A stretch of 63,360 bases of DNA, the filler included, from Octopus bimaculoides (lineage: Eukaryota): the NCBI RefSeq assembly GCF_001194135.2. It is 6 parts of 6 records of this genome, joined end to end, with 100 filler letters (N's around TTAATTAATTAA, not from the genome) between each part and the next. Parts side by side here need not be neighbours in the genome. Positions count along the whole stretch, not along the records: positions 26,986 to 55,590 come from NC_069004.1; 5 more parts are not named here. The stretch is one strand, 5' to 3'. Positions 37,691 through 51,339 of the stretch are shown here, in pieces. The number at the start of each line of letters is the position of its first letter. Position 1 is the first letter of the stretch. The notes beneath the pieces are model-generated. The model saw only the letters and a list, made by a program, of their open reading frames with translations. It was not told the origin of the DNA and ran no database searches. The translations under genes and the position numbers were made by a program.

Positions 37691-38509
37691 GTCAGAATTA
37701 TTTCTTTCTCTTGTTGTATCACTGTTATTTCTCTAATGACACCTAGCAATGAATTGAATTTAGTAAACCAGTGAGGTACTGTAGCACTAGACTGAATACC
37801 AGTGAATAATGGTAAAACATAGAGTGCAACTCTTCACAAGCTGTGCTCATCTCGCTCCCCACCCCCACTTCCCTGCCTATCAGCTACCATTTATACCAAC
37901 ACAGCATCATACTGATAAATTCCAATTAAATCAGATGGAGAAAGTAGGATATTATCACTGTTTCTTCTTATTGATTTCTCATGTTACAAGTTATTGCTAC
38001 ATTAACTGTCTTCTGTTATGCATATTTGTGCTTGGTGCATTTGCTGCAATTACAACCACGCTTCATTTGACAAGAGACGCAATCTTTAAAAACAAACATT
38101 TATCTGCGATTCCTTCGTTTCGTTCTTCCGAACTAACTTCTTTTAATTGTTACTATTGTTTGACTAAGTCGCAGTCTATTTCATCTCATGATACACCTCT
38201 TACTGACACTTCTCACAGGAATATAAGATAAATATTTATATATCATTGCCATCATCGTCATCGTCGTCGTCATCATCATATCATCATTTTAACATCCACT
38301 TTTCCATGCTTGTATGAGTTGCATGAAGTTTATCAAGGCAGATTTTTCTACAGCTAGATGCCCTTCCTGTCACCAACCCTGACCTGTTTCTAAGCAAGGT
38401 AATATTTCCCCTATGGACAGACATGGTCACATAGAATCTTAAAAATGAATGACACAGCTTGTATGATATTGACAATCATTTTATGACTATCATATATTAC
38501 AACTACTAG

Positions 38510-38850
38510 ATAAGGCGCATGGTTCAGTGGTTAGAATGTTGGACTCACAATCATGAGGTAGTGAGTCTGATTCACAGACCGAGTTGTGTGTTGTGTTCTT
38601 GAGCAAGACACTTTATTTCACGTTGCTCCAGTTCACTCATCTGTAGAAATGAATTGCAATGTCACTGGTGCCAAGTTGTATCGGCCTTTGCCTTTCCCTT
38701 GGATAACATCAGTGATGTGGAGAGGGGAGGCTGGTAGGCATGGGCGACTGCTGGTCTTCCATAAACAACCTTGCCCGGACTGTGCTTTGGAGGGTAACTT
38801 TCTAGGTGCAATCCCATGGTCATTCATGACTGAGAGGAAGACTTTACTTT
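38510..38850 (+). mobile_element. Full tRNA-derived SINE family C with CORE-like central domain
   Basis: Head GGCGCATGGTTCAGTGGTTAG; GTGTTCTTGAGCAAGACACTT...CTCATCTGTAGAAATG resembles the MIR/CORE domain; related copies near 31972, 46680, 46870, 52590, 54765. Confidence 0.8.
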
Positions 38851-38867
38851 TTACGTAATCCCTAAAC

Positions 38868-38951
38868 ATACATATTAATCCTTAAACATACATATTAATC
38901 CTTAAACATACATATTAATCCTTAAACATATGTAGTATTCCTTAAACATAC
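38868..38951. repeat. 20-bp minisatellite (CTTAAACATACATATTAATC) x ~4
   Basis: Direct inspection. Confidence 0.9.
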
Positions 38952-39791
38952 GTATCAAAATATCACTATTTGGTTTGACTTCATTATTAGAACTTATGCA
39001 AATTTATGCTAGCACAAATTAGCTTGTTAAGACTCCACTTGTGTGGATACTCTAACAACGATTTGGAGTTGTTTGTTATATTTGATTCAAGCTGAAAATT
39101 CTGGCACCGTGCCTCAATTCTTAGCATAACACAAAATATATAAATACATGTGTACACACACACACACACACGTGCATGCACATACACTTTCACACACACA
39201 CACATGTGCGTACACACACATCCACAGATATATGTGCATACATGCATACATATATAGTTTATAGATGAGAGACAGATATTCTCCATATAGAATACACTTA
39301 GTGCTCAAGAGGTTTAAACTTGAGTGGGTATATAAGTAAATGTAAGGAGAAGCAAGTTAGGCAGGTCAATGTACAAAGTATATTAAATATATGAAATACA
39401 AAAAAGGTTTATGTGTTTACATACAAAAAGGTCTGACTTACACAGAATAAAAATGATATCAGGAATTAAAGGGGTTGAAGAAAAGAATTACAAATCCAAC
39501 AGTTGTTTCTCGGGACTTGTTGGTCCAAAATAATGATTGTAAATTGATTCCATCATCAGATAATACCAGCCTCCATCTTCAGGGAAGAGATTTTACATTT
39601 GATGTGTTGACATTTCTTGTCTGTGTAAGTCAGACCTTTACATACATAAAGATGTGTACATTTTTGTATTAAATGTATTTGATGTATTTTGTATATCAAA
39701 TTGCCTAACTTGCTTATCCTTACATTTACTCTCCTATATACATAGATACATAGATACATAGATACATACATACAAACAAACAAACAAACAT

Positions 39792-39852
<61 letters not shown>

Positions 39853-39916
39853 TATATATATATATTGAATCTTCCATTGAAGCTTCTGACAATGTAAATT
39901 TTCGCTTAATCAAGAT

Positions 39917-40011
39917 ACCCTTGGCCTGAAGAGTAGCCTGCTGTATACACCTCACTTGGATATTTACCACTTCTGAGGTTCCACTCGCTATGAAATATAT
40001 GTAGCCTGGGT
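39917..40011 (+). ncRNA. Minimal type I hammerhead ribozyme (Penelope-type), two C-to-T changes from consensus
   Basis: Stem I ACCCTTGGC/GCCTGGGT, core CTGAAGA (39926-39932), stem II GTAGC/GCTAT, GAAA (39992-39995), stem III with palindromic ATAT loop, GTA triplet at 40001-40003. Confidence 0.7.
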
Positions 40012-40057
40012 CTTATCTATTCCATTCCTTAACTCTTGTATATATATATATATACAG

Positions 40058-40088
<31 letters not shown>

Positions 40089-40646
40089 CATGCATGCATA
40101 CATACATATATCCATGTATAAAAAATATGAGAGAAAGAAAATGGAATTCATAAGATTCTTTATTCAGAACCATTATGATCATTTCGATCCATCATACACC
40201 GATACCCTACAGGTGAGATGCTGTATAATCAATAGTCATGCATCATAGGTGCAGATCTGTCTGTTCAGATGACTTTTCATAAAGCTCTTCATTTTTATTT
40301 GCCATTTCACTTATTTCCATAACAATGCATTTTGGTAATCGAAGTGTACTACTTGTCGTCAAAAGGAACTCATAGTTTATATAAACTCTGTGGACATAAA
40401 GGAATTCCTGAAGTAAATCTAGTCACATATACTTGCATACACTTGTTGACATCAGGTAGCAAAATACTGTGGCAGGGCTTTAAACAGCATTCTACAAGGT
40501 GTCTACCTGAATACAAAATTATATATAGCATGGCCACAGTCCTACAATTGAAACCATTAAAAGAATAAAAGAGAATATATGATTGTTTGCATGGCAGACA
40601 GAAATTGAAAGAAGCCCATTGTATGTATACATACATACATATATAT

Positions 40647-40730
40647 ACAGGGGTTGGACAAAATAATGGAAACATCTAGCATCATAGCATCATAATTTTG
40701 AAATATCTATAAAACCATCAAGAGCTTGTT
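40647..40730 (+). mobile_element. Tc1-like terminal fragment
   Basis: TACAGGGGTTGGACAAAATAATGGAAACA resembles Tc1 TIR starts. Confidence 0.55.
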
Positions 40731-40734
40731 TATT

Positions 40735-41120
40735 CTTTTCTTTTACTTGTTTCAGTCATTTTACTGTGGCCATGCTGGAATACTGTCTTCAAAGGTTTTA
40801 GTCAAATAAATTGATCTCGGGAGTTTTTTAAGCCTAGTACTTACTCTATCAATTTCTTTTGCCAAACTGTTAAGTTACAGGGATATATAAACACACTGGT
40901 TGTCAAGTAGTGACAAACATAGGCACAAAGACTCATGCATATATATGTTTATATATATAATAATCTTTCAGTTTCCATAGGCCAAATCCACTAACAAGGT
41001 TTTAGTTGACCTGAGGCTATAGTAAAAGACACTTGCTCAAGGTGCCATGCAGTGGGATTGAACTCAGAACCTTGTGGTTGGGAAGCAAACTTCTCACCAC
41101 ACAGTAACACTGGCACCTAA
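40735..41120 (-). mobile_element. Full family A SINE (another left arm at ~41715-41860, minus)
   Basis: Reverse complement of the family A consensus. Confidence 0.85.
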
Positions 41121-41131
41121 TATATTTATGT

Positions 41132-41183
<52 letters not shown>

Positions 41184-41628
41184 ATTTCAAAACAGTCTAG
41201 GGTAAAGAATGCTGAGGAAACTGCACCAGCCATGATGTTATGTTGCATATCCAACAGTGTATAGTCGCTGCAGTTGAAAGACGTGTAGGTCTGGAAAAAA
41301 TGCTGCAAATAACTGTTAAATAAAATAATGGATGTGAAAAATCTCCATTCTCCTTATCATTATTAATGTTATGTATNNNNNNNNNNNNNNNNNNNNNNNN
41401 NNNNNNNNNNNNNNNNNNNNNNNNNNNNNNNNNNNNNNNNNNNNNNNNNNNNNNNNNNNNNNNNNNNNNNNNNNNNNNNNNNNNNNNNNNNNNNNNNNNN
41501 NNNNNNNNNNNNNNNNNNNNNNNNNNNNNNNNNNNNNNNNNNNNNNNNNNNNNNNNNNNNNNNNNNNNNNNNNNNNNNNNNNNNNNNNNNNNNNNNNNNN
41601 NNNNNNNNNNNNNNNNNNNNNNNNNNNN

Positions 41629-41710
<82 letters not shown>

Positions 41711-42491
41711 GTAGCTTTGAGTTTCTGTCTACCAAATCCACTCACATGGCCTTGGTCAGCCTAGAGCCATAGTGTAAGACACTTGCCCAAAGTGCCAAGC
41801 TGTGGGACTGAGCCCAGAACCATGTGGTTGGGAAGCAAACTTCTTACCAGACAACCACACCTGGATGTATTTACTACAAAGCAAAAGACAGTGGACTGTT
41901 TTGTAGTAATTTCCAGGACAACAACAAGTGTTAGTGTCTGAGTTGCCTCTGGACAATTTTATGTTTAGATTTGAGCCACGTTTGAAGAAAATAAAAAAGA
42001 GAGGGAACAAGCAAAAAAGTGTCTTGAAGTAAATGCTTGTGAAGAGATAACAGAAGAATTAATTAGAGATAATTTTCTGAAATGAGTTAGTTGGCAGAAA
42101 AAGCAATTATTGCCTGCAAATATCCAGACAACTGAGCAGAAAATCAAACAGATCTCCTTGGAAGAAGAAGAATTTTTCTGGAAACTTCTCTCTTCTTCAC
42201 AAGTGCAAATTTAAAAGGGATCTTCTGTTGTTTTTTTATCCCTTCTTATTTTCCTTTCTTTTTTCTTTTTGTTTTGTTTTAGAAAAGATATTTTAAATTC
42301 AAAATGATTAATGAGAATTCACACAAATACTACTACTACTACAATTACTACTAATAATAACAACAATATTACCAAAAAAAACGGTGATAATAATATAATA
42401 ACAACAACAAAAGCAATAAACAATAAGCAACAATATAATAGCAAGAACATCAACAACAACAACAACGATAGCAAAAACAGCAATAATAATG

Positions 42492-42539
<48 letters not shown>

Positions 42540-43879
42540 NNNNNNNNNNNNNNNNNNNNNNNNNNNNNNNNNNNNNNNNNNNNNNNNNNNNNNNNNNNNN
42601 NNNNNNNNNNNNNNNNNNNNNNNNNNNNNNNNNNNNNNNNNNNNNNNNNNNNNNNNNNNNNNNNNNNNNNNNNNNNNNNNNNNNNNNNNNNNNNNNNNNN
42701 NNNNNNNNNNNNNNNNNNNNNNNNNNNNNNNNNNNNNNNNNNNNNNNNNNNNNNNNNNNNNNNNNNNNNNNNNNNNNNNNNNNNNNNNNNNNNNNNNTTT
42801 TTCCCTCCTTTCTCTCTCTCTTTCTCTCTCTCTCTCCCTTTCTCTCCCCCATAAGCTGAAGAATAATAAACATATTAAGAAGAAAACAACAAATTATTGC
42901 TGTATTAAAGAAAATAACAAACAGCAAAACACAACAAAACAAAAACCAAACAAAACCGAACAAAAAAAATAATCAATCTTTGGCTGACTTGATTTGAAGT
43001 GAAAGTGAAACGCAATGCAAGCTGGTCAATATATGGAGAAATTCCGGTCTATTTGATTATTAATTCTATCTTCTTTCCGATATAATTTATTCAAGACACA
43101 CACATGCACACCTAACTACCCCTCCATTTTTTTTTTCTTATATTCAAAGACTTCCATAGATTTATTTTATTTCCTCGTATTCTGTTTTCATTTTTTTACC
43201 CATAAAAATGATTCCATATTTCTCCTGACAATTTTTCACTTCACATAGAATACATTTAGCCTGGTTCACTTCTCGCCTCTCTCTCTCTCTCTCTCTTTTA
43301 CATTCTTCTATTTTCTCTTTCTTTCGCTCTTTCTCTTTTGTTACAGAGCTCTGCAAGAACAGTCCAAGACATGTCTTCACAATTCGATTAGCATGTGTGA
43401 ATTCCTCAAATATCTATTCTTTCATTACATTATTCTTAGGAACTAACTGGAAGAATGAAGACATACACAACTAGTGTACCTGTGTGTGTGTATATGTGCA
43501 TATATATACATACAAACATACATACATATATATATGTATACACACATGCACATATATACATACATGATGCATACATACATACATAAATGCATACATACAT
43601 ACATATATATTTATACATATATACACACACACATTTTTATATATTTATAAATATATATATGCATGTATATTCAATACATATACACACAAATGCACATATG
43701 TGGGCATGTGTGTGTGTGTGTAAGTGTGTATGTGCTTGTGTGAGTCCATGCATATTCTGATATTACTTGAAATGATATTCTTTCCATCTTGACTTCCTTC
43801 TGTTTGTATCCTGCATATACAAATGTTGATACTGCTCTATCAACTAAACTAATCTGGATTAACTAACTCTTATATAGTG

Positions 43880-44170
43880 TCAAAGATTACACTGTTGCCA
43901 TCAAAATATGGGACCAGATACTGCAATAGCTTGGGATTCAAGGGCTCTTAGCTCTTTAGTATTCCCCCAAAGGATTTGAGAGACCTACATGGGGCAGATG
44001 TAGATGTCTTTGAAACAGAACTGGATCTCCGACTGTCAAGGGTCCAAAACGAATCAACTTCATGGAAAGAAGCACAAATGAGGGCAGCAACATCAAGCTC
44101 CCTCATTCACCAAAATCTAAGGGGGATTCATGAAGTTGTAGCAACACCATAGCCACAGCTCTTGAACCAA
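43880..44170 (+). mobile_element. CR1/L2-type LINE 3' end
   Basis: RYCNSLGFKGS*LFSILPKDLRDLHGADVDVFETELDLRLSRV...RAATSSSLIHQ matches the LFNxLP...FKxxLDxFL C-terminus. Confidence 0.75.
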
Positions 44171-44191
44171 AAAAATAGTAAAAGAGTGTGT

Positions 44192-44227
<36 letters not shown>

Positions 44228-44243
44228 ATACATACATGCATAG

Positions 44244-45590
44244 TGTTGTGGTGAGAGTCATTGACACTCCTGTGGGATTGGAAGACTGGACAAGCTGAAT
44301 TCTTATAAAAAGGAGCATATTGGTTGGGACCAAGAAAAGTCATAGAAGTTGTTGAGAATTCACAGAAGTCGTAGGAAGTCATTGAGCTCGTTGAGAGTTT
44401 GTATTTATTGGAGTATTGTGCTTGGTGGAGTAATTTGAAGAATATCATATGAAGACAGTTGTGTCTATCTCACCACCCTTCATGAAATCGGTATATCCAA
44501 CGTATAGAAGGATATCAAAATGGCGATGAGGATATCGACTTATAAAAGTGGCGATGAGTTTATTCGAAGCTTATGTTGGACATTAACATTTTCCTTTGAT
44601 ACAGAATCAAAGAAAAATGAGTTAACATGAAATACTTATTAGCCTCCATGGTGCAGTTGCAACAACAGCAACAGTTACAGCAGCAATTACAACAACAACA
44701 GCAACAATACCAACAGTTGCTGGAATTAATGTCGGAATTCCAAATTGCATAGCAAATGCAATTGTAGGATTTAGTTATAATCCAGAAGAAGGTATTATTT
44801 TTCCTGCATATTTCTGGAGATATGAAGAAATCTTCAAAGAGGAATGCAAAAATTGGATGGACAATGAAAAGGTATGACTACTTTTAAGGAAATTATCCCC
44901 TGCTGAACACGAAAAATATTGTAACTACATTCTGCCCCCCACCCAAAAAAAAACAAAATATGTGTAATTTGTTTCGATGAAACAATTAAATTGTTATCGA
45001 AAATTTTCAGTAAGAGAAGTTCCCTGTTCAGTACTTACTGGGAGTGTTAGAATTTAGTAAAAAAAACAGATGATGAAGATTTCGTCACCTATGCTGGAGT
45101 TGTCAATCAAGAGTGCAGAAACTCCAAACTAAAAAAATTAATGCTAGACATGTTCAAATGTCTGATTTTTACTCAAGGGGTAACTGCAAACAAAGATGCA
45201 GAGATACATGCCTGGATATTGACAAAATTGGAACAAGACCAGAATTTGACTCTGCATGCAGTGACAGAGGAATGTCAAAGAATTATTAATCTTCCACATG
45301 ACACAAATAAAATTGAAGGAAAGTATTACTCTCACATACATGCGTGTTGACCTGAAATGAATAAGGAAAAAGAAAAACGAAGATTAAGACCCAATCCATT
45401 TTATGGGAACGGAGGTCTACATTTTAGAAATAACTGTCTGTTTAAAATTTTAAATGTTTTAACTGTCAAAAAATCAGACATAAAGGCTCACATTGCAGAG
45501 CAAATCAAAAAAGGTTGAACAGAAAAAATTCTGGAAAAGTTTTCTCAACAGAAAGTTTAGGCGAGGCTCACAAAAGAAAGTTTGTCTACA
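44244..45590 (+). mobile_element. Gypsy LTR retrotransposon 5' remnant: LTR (~44244-44518), PBS-like TGGCGATGAG, gag pseudogene
   Basis: LTR start TGTTGTGGTGAGAGTCA resembles the LTRs at 8267/8758; FSYNPEEGIIFPAYFWRYEEIF...LLLRKLSPAEHEKYCNYILP and DMFKCLIFTQG...KLEQD match Gypsy gag of the K02A2.6 type. Confidence 0.85.
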
Positions 45591-46559
45591 TAAAAATTAA
45601 TAAATGGTGTACATAAAAGATAATAATAACTCCAGAGGATATTTTTGTGATATTGAAAGATGGCTGCACCAGGCTCCAATCTGATCTGGCAAAGTTTCTA
45701 CAACTGGATGCCCTTCCTAAGGCCAACTACTCTGAGAGTGTAGTGGGTGCTTTAACGTGCCACTGGCATGAGGGCCAGTTAGGCGGTACTGGCAACAGCC
45801 ACGCTCAAATGGTGTTTTTTACGTGCCACCTGCATACACACACACACATATATGTATGTATACAGGGTACATGACCAATTTGTTACTTTGTATATCAGCT
45901 ACTAAATTCTAGCAAAGAGAAAAAAAAAAGATTTTCCAAAAATTTATTTTCTATATTTTTGCCCTCCACTTTTTTTCATTCCCCAGAAGGCATGGGAGTT
46001 TGACGGATAGCTATTCCCAAACACTACTGATTATGATTATTTAAAACGTCACATAGTATCTAGTATTGTGATGTAGTAGACTGAAGATATTGTACTGGGG
46101 GTTTGTGCCTGTCTGTCAAGTCACAACAAGGACTGCAGATCGACAATATTGAGTGCAGTTCCAATTAAAACCGATTTTTGCATTACACCAAGATTGTAGG
46201 GTAATTCAAACTTTGTAACAAGAAAACAAGGTTGTCACATGAAAAATTGTTTATCTTAGAGGGAAAAAGAAAATGAATGATTTCAAAATGTCTCTCCTTG
46301 TATTTTTGCATCGATATTTTTCTTGTGATGATAAATGATAAGATGCTGAGTAAATGTGTAATTATGTTAAACATATAATTATGTTAATTGCAGAACAGGA
46401 AATGATATGACATGACAGGTCTGCATGGAATGTCTCTGTTATGATGGGAGGAAATTTGATGTAGAGAACAGATTACAGCAGTAAATCATAGAGGAAAAGA
46501 ATAAGGAAGAGGGAGAGGAAGAGGAAGCAAAGGAGATGAAGACAGGGAATGAAAGAGAG

Positions 46560-46601
<42 letters not shown>

Positions 46602-47189
46602 AGAAAGAGAAAGGAAATACACAGAGAAGTAGTCAAAAGGGTAGCACATGAAAGAATTTCTAAGCTGTCTTGTATACCTTGTGGAGGTTCATGGCTTAGT
46701 GGTCAGGGTGTTGGATTCACGATTGTATGGTTGAGGTTCTGATTCCTGGACCAAGTGGTGTGTTGTGTTCAACTGATAAAAATAAGTAATCCTACGATGA
46801 ACGATCACCCCATCCAAAGAGGAATATATATACTAGAGAAACCAGGAGACTGGCCCTATGTTCTTTATAGGTACAACTCATTTCTGTCAGCTGAGTGAAA
46901 TGGAGTCACATGAAGTAAAGTATCTTGCTGAAGGACACAATGCATCTCCAGGAATTGAAATCATGACTTTACAATCTTGAGCCAAATACCCAAACCACTA
47001 AGCCATGTGCCTTCACCACTAAACCACACACCTACATCCACATACAGTATAATCTCTAAACCTGTACTGTATCTCAGTAGATGAAACAGTATTTAGATGT
47101 TGAGACATCAATTCCATATATCTCTATCAATGTACTTTGTCTCTCTATCATTCTATTCTATATATCTTAGCAACTGTATTTTTATATCT

Positions 47190-48430
47190 CTAAAGCTTCA
47201 CAGCACTGTATGTGGTCATTTTCAAGCGCTGGAGGTGGTTTGTGTTCCCGCCAGTTTTTATCATGGGGCAGGTCCAGGTTTTTGCAAATTACCCAGTGAA
47301 TATATTGTGCTGCTCTATCATGCCTGTTGAGATACTCTATAGGCGCAAGAAGACTGCACCTGGAGACAACATGATCAATGGTTTCATTTTGTTGTTTACA
47401 TACACGGCATGTTGTTTACATACACAATATGTTGTTTACATACACGACTGCTAGTCTTTAATATGTTGACCTGGTAGTTCCTTAATGGTAGGCATTGATC
47501 TTGGGTTGCTATGATAAATCCTTCTGTTTCTGATTTTAAGCCAAAAGACATTGATGAGTAAGGGCTTTATCGACATCGGCATTATTAGCTCTCTTTGAGT
47601 ATTTGCCGTTGAGAGGTTTTCCTTGCTATTTATCAATAAGAATATCTAAGGCAGCAGTTTTAGCACAGGTTTTCATACGCTTAGCTTCTTCTGTGCTTGT
47701 TTCCAGTACATGTAATTGTTGGATTTGTTGTATTTGGAATTCCCTTAGATATTTCTTTGCCTGTTTTGTTACTGAGTATGGTGTTTTCTTGTTTTCGTGC
47801 TTAGAGACAAGTTTTAACATCCAGTCTTCAGAGTTTTTCAGGTAGGTGTTTAGGCCAATTGTGGCAATCTTCATTGTTAATTCCAGTTGTAAAAGTCCAC
47901 AGCCACCCTCTTTTCTTGGCAGGTAAAGTCATTCTATATCTGCCTTAGGGTGGTGCATTCTATGCATTGTCAGCAATTTTCGTATTTTTCTGTCAAGGTT
48001 ACATATTTCAGTAATTGACCAGTTAACGATATTGAAACTGTAAGTCATGACCAGTATGGCTAAAGTATTGATCGCTTCGATCCTGTTTCTTGCATTCAGC
48101 TCTGTCTTGAGTATTGCCCTTACCCTGCAATAACATTCTCTTCTGATCCTTTCCCTCATCATTGAATGTTTGATTCCATCACCTTCAAATACCCCAAGGT
48201 ATTTGTAGCTCTTCGCTGGTGCTAACTCCTTTATGACATTCTGTTGGTCAAGATTAATGTTGGATGTTTCTATCATTTTTCCTCTGATAAAGGTAGCTTT
48301 TGCACATTTATCGAGGCCAAATTGCATCCTGATGTCATCACGGAATTGTTTAACAGTTGCTAGTAAGCCCTATAGTTCTTGGTCATTTTTTGTAAAGAGC
48401 TTTAAATCATCCATGTAAAAGAGATGATTT
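47190..48430 (-). mobile_element. R4/Dong-like LINE fragment (RT YMDD, thumb, zinc knuckle)
   Basis: HLFYMDDLKLF...MQFGLDKCAKATFIRGK...HHPKADIE; IDHVVSRCSLLAPIEYLNRHDRAAQYIHW. Confidence 0.92.
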
Positions 48431-48489
48431 ATATTTTTATCAAACATTTTATAGCTATATATTATCATTATTATTATTATTATTTCTTT

Positions 48490-49135
48490 TTATCTCAGGT
48501 TCTGTTGGAACTCCTGGAGTCTTACATGCATAGTAGGTTTGCTGCCTTCAGCATATGGTACCATGCTATCTGTTCCTTTCAACTATCTAATACTTTCCTG
48601 ATTATTCTGGCCAGGCCAAGGAGGTAAACCTTTTTTAACAGTTCTACTGGGCACTCTATTCCGATTTCTTTTGTATTCCTTTTGATGCCTTGTAGCATGG
48701 TCCCCAAGGATCCAACAATAATTGGCACTATCTTCACCTTCTTCATTTTCCATAGCCAGGCTTTTTTATATTTAAGAGGGTTGTATTAATCTACTTTTAC
48801 GCTTTCCTTCTCAACTCTTCATGGGTCAAAGAGGCATGCAACATCACCTATACAGCATATGTGGTGCACCTTGTCCAACACCACTGGGTCCGGTCTGTTA
48901 TGCTCTAGCATCTGATCTGTTTGGATTGGGAAATCCCAGAGGATTTTGTCAGTCTGCCACTCTCTGTGGTTTGTGCTCATACCACATCTTACCTCTCTCA
49001 AGCCCCCACTTTTCACACAGTTTCCAATGTAGCACTTTAGCTGCCTTATCATGTTACCACAACTTACAGTAGTTTTGGGCAAGTCTAGGGCATTCATTCA
49101 TGATATGAGCAATGATTTCATCCACTCTGTTACAG
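48490..49135 (-). mobile_element. Second R4/Dong-like LINE 3' end (RLE domain)
   Basis: KILWDFPIQTDQMLEHNRPD...DVACLFD...VPIIVGSLG...LLGLARIIRKVLDS*. Confidence 0.88.
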
Positions 49136-49161
49136 ATGTAGCACACTTGTTCATTCCTAAG

Positions 49162-49202
<41 letters not shown>

Positions 49203-50059
49203 GCACACAGGATGAAATAAATGCTTAGTGGTATTTCATCAGTCACTATGTCCAGCTTCCTATTCTCTATCTCATGGTCGCACTGAATCATAAAATCCCA
49301 TTATTATTATCATCATTATTATTACTATTACTATTATTATTATTATTGTTGTTGTTGTTGTTGTTGTTGTTGTTATTATTATTATTGGCTTAGTGAGAGG
49401 AGGAAAAGCAGTACTTTGATATTTTCCAGAATCTCTGAAACTGGTATGAGGAATGGTGGGAGTCAAAGATTTGAGTCCTACAATGGATGTCTGCAACTGA
49501 GTAGACTCTGCTAATGACACCTGAGGGGGTCAGGTGGTGGCAGTAATAGTTGTTGTTATGGTGGTAGTAGTGATGGTGGTAGTTGCTGAGCTGGTCTTGG
49601 TGGTGGTCACTGTGGGGATTGGCATTCTGGTTGTGTGTGTAGTGATTGTATTGGTGGGGTAGTTGTGGTGGTGATAGTTACGGTGGTGTTGGTAGTGGTA
49701 GAGATTGTTGTAGTGGCTTTAGTGGTGATGTGAGTTGTGATGGTGGTTATTGTAGTGGTGGTAGTGGTGGTAGTATTGGTGGTGGAGGTTGTTGTGGTGG
49801 CTTTGGTATTAGTGCTGGCTGTTGTGATGTGAGTTGTGATGGTTTGTAGTTGTAGTGATGGTGGTAGTGGTGGTGTGGTGATGGTAGCAGGAGGGGTAGT
49901 CGTGGTGCTAAATCAGCTAACAGTTTAAGCCTTTCGGCCCAGAATTTATATGACATAGAAAAGAAAAGGAAAAATAAAATACCCCCGAAAAGCAACAACA
50001 AAATACCACACAAAACAAAACAACAAAAGCTTGACAAAAAAAAAAGCAATACTCATTCT

Positions 50060-50380
50060 TCATTGCAGTAATGTGTATGCTCACACTTGCGTGTATGCTG
50101 CATGCATGTAAGTGTGTGTATGTGTGTATTAATGCATGTATGTGTGCATGTGTGCGTGTGTGTGTATGTGTGTGGGTGCGTGTGTGTGAGAATGTGTGTG
50201 GGTGCATGTGTGCATGTGTATGTGTGTTGTGTATATGTGCGTGTGTGTGTGTATGTGTGTGTTGTGTGTGTGCGTGTATGTGTTTGTGTGTATGTATGTG
50301 AGAGTGTGTGCATGTGTGTGTGTGTGTGTGTGTATGTGTGTGTGTTGTGTGTGTGTGTGCATGTGTGTGTTAGTTATGTG
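50060..50380. repeat. Degenerate (TG)n tract (compound GTG/GTA tract at ~49520-49900 just upstream)
   Basis: Direct inspection. Confidence 0.95.
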
Positions 50381-50648
50381 CAGGAAAATATGGAAGTAGA
50401 GAGATTTGGGAGTTCGTTAAACATTTAGACTCTACAGAGATTTCTTCAGCAAACCTAGAATTCTGGTTGATGAATTTTCACACTGACTAAATGCTAATTG
50501 AGTACATTGTTTCGCTCTAATCCTTGTCTTCTTCATCTCATAGTTTTTATTATTCTCACACCATCAATAATCATGTTTTCTTTTGGTTATTTATTATTTT
50601 TCTTATTGCCTCTTTTTCTCCTACAAAGGAAAGGTGTTTGTTGTTGTT

Positions 50649-50708
<60 letters not shown>

Positions 50709-50753
50709 ACAGTAGTGGCAGTAGTATCATAGTGTGAGTAATTGCATGACTGC

Positions 50754-50794
<41 letters not shown>

Positions 50795-51280
50795 NNNNNN
50801 NNNNNNNNNNNNNNNNNNNNNNNNNNNNNNNNNNNNNNNNNNNNNNNNNNNNNNNNNNNNNNNNNNNNNNNNNNNNNNNNNNNNNNNNNNNNNNNNNNNN
50901 NNNNNNNNNNNNNNNNNNNNNNNNNNNNNNNNNNNNNNNNNNNNNNNNNNNNNNNNNNNNNNNNNNNNNNNNNNNNNNNNNNNNNNNNNNNNNNNNNNNN
51001 NNNNNNNNNNNNNNNNNNNNNNNNNNNNNNNNNNNNNNNNNNNNNNNNNNNNNNNNNNNNNNNNNNNNNNNNNNNNNNNNNNNNNNNNNNNNNNNNNNNN
51101 NNNNNNNNNNNNNNNNNNNNNNNNNNNNNNNNNNNNNNNNNNNNNNNNNNNNNNNNNNNNNNNNNNNNNNNNNNNNNNNNNNNNNNNNNNNNNNNNNNNN
51201 NNNNNNNNNNNNNNNNNNNNNNNNNNNNNNNNNNNNNNNNNNNNNNNNNNNNNNNNNNNNNNNNNNNNNNNNNNNNNNNN

Positions 51281-51339
<59 letters not shown>

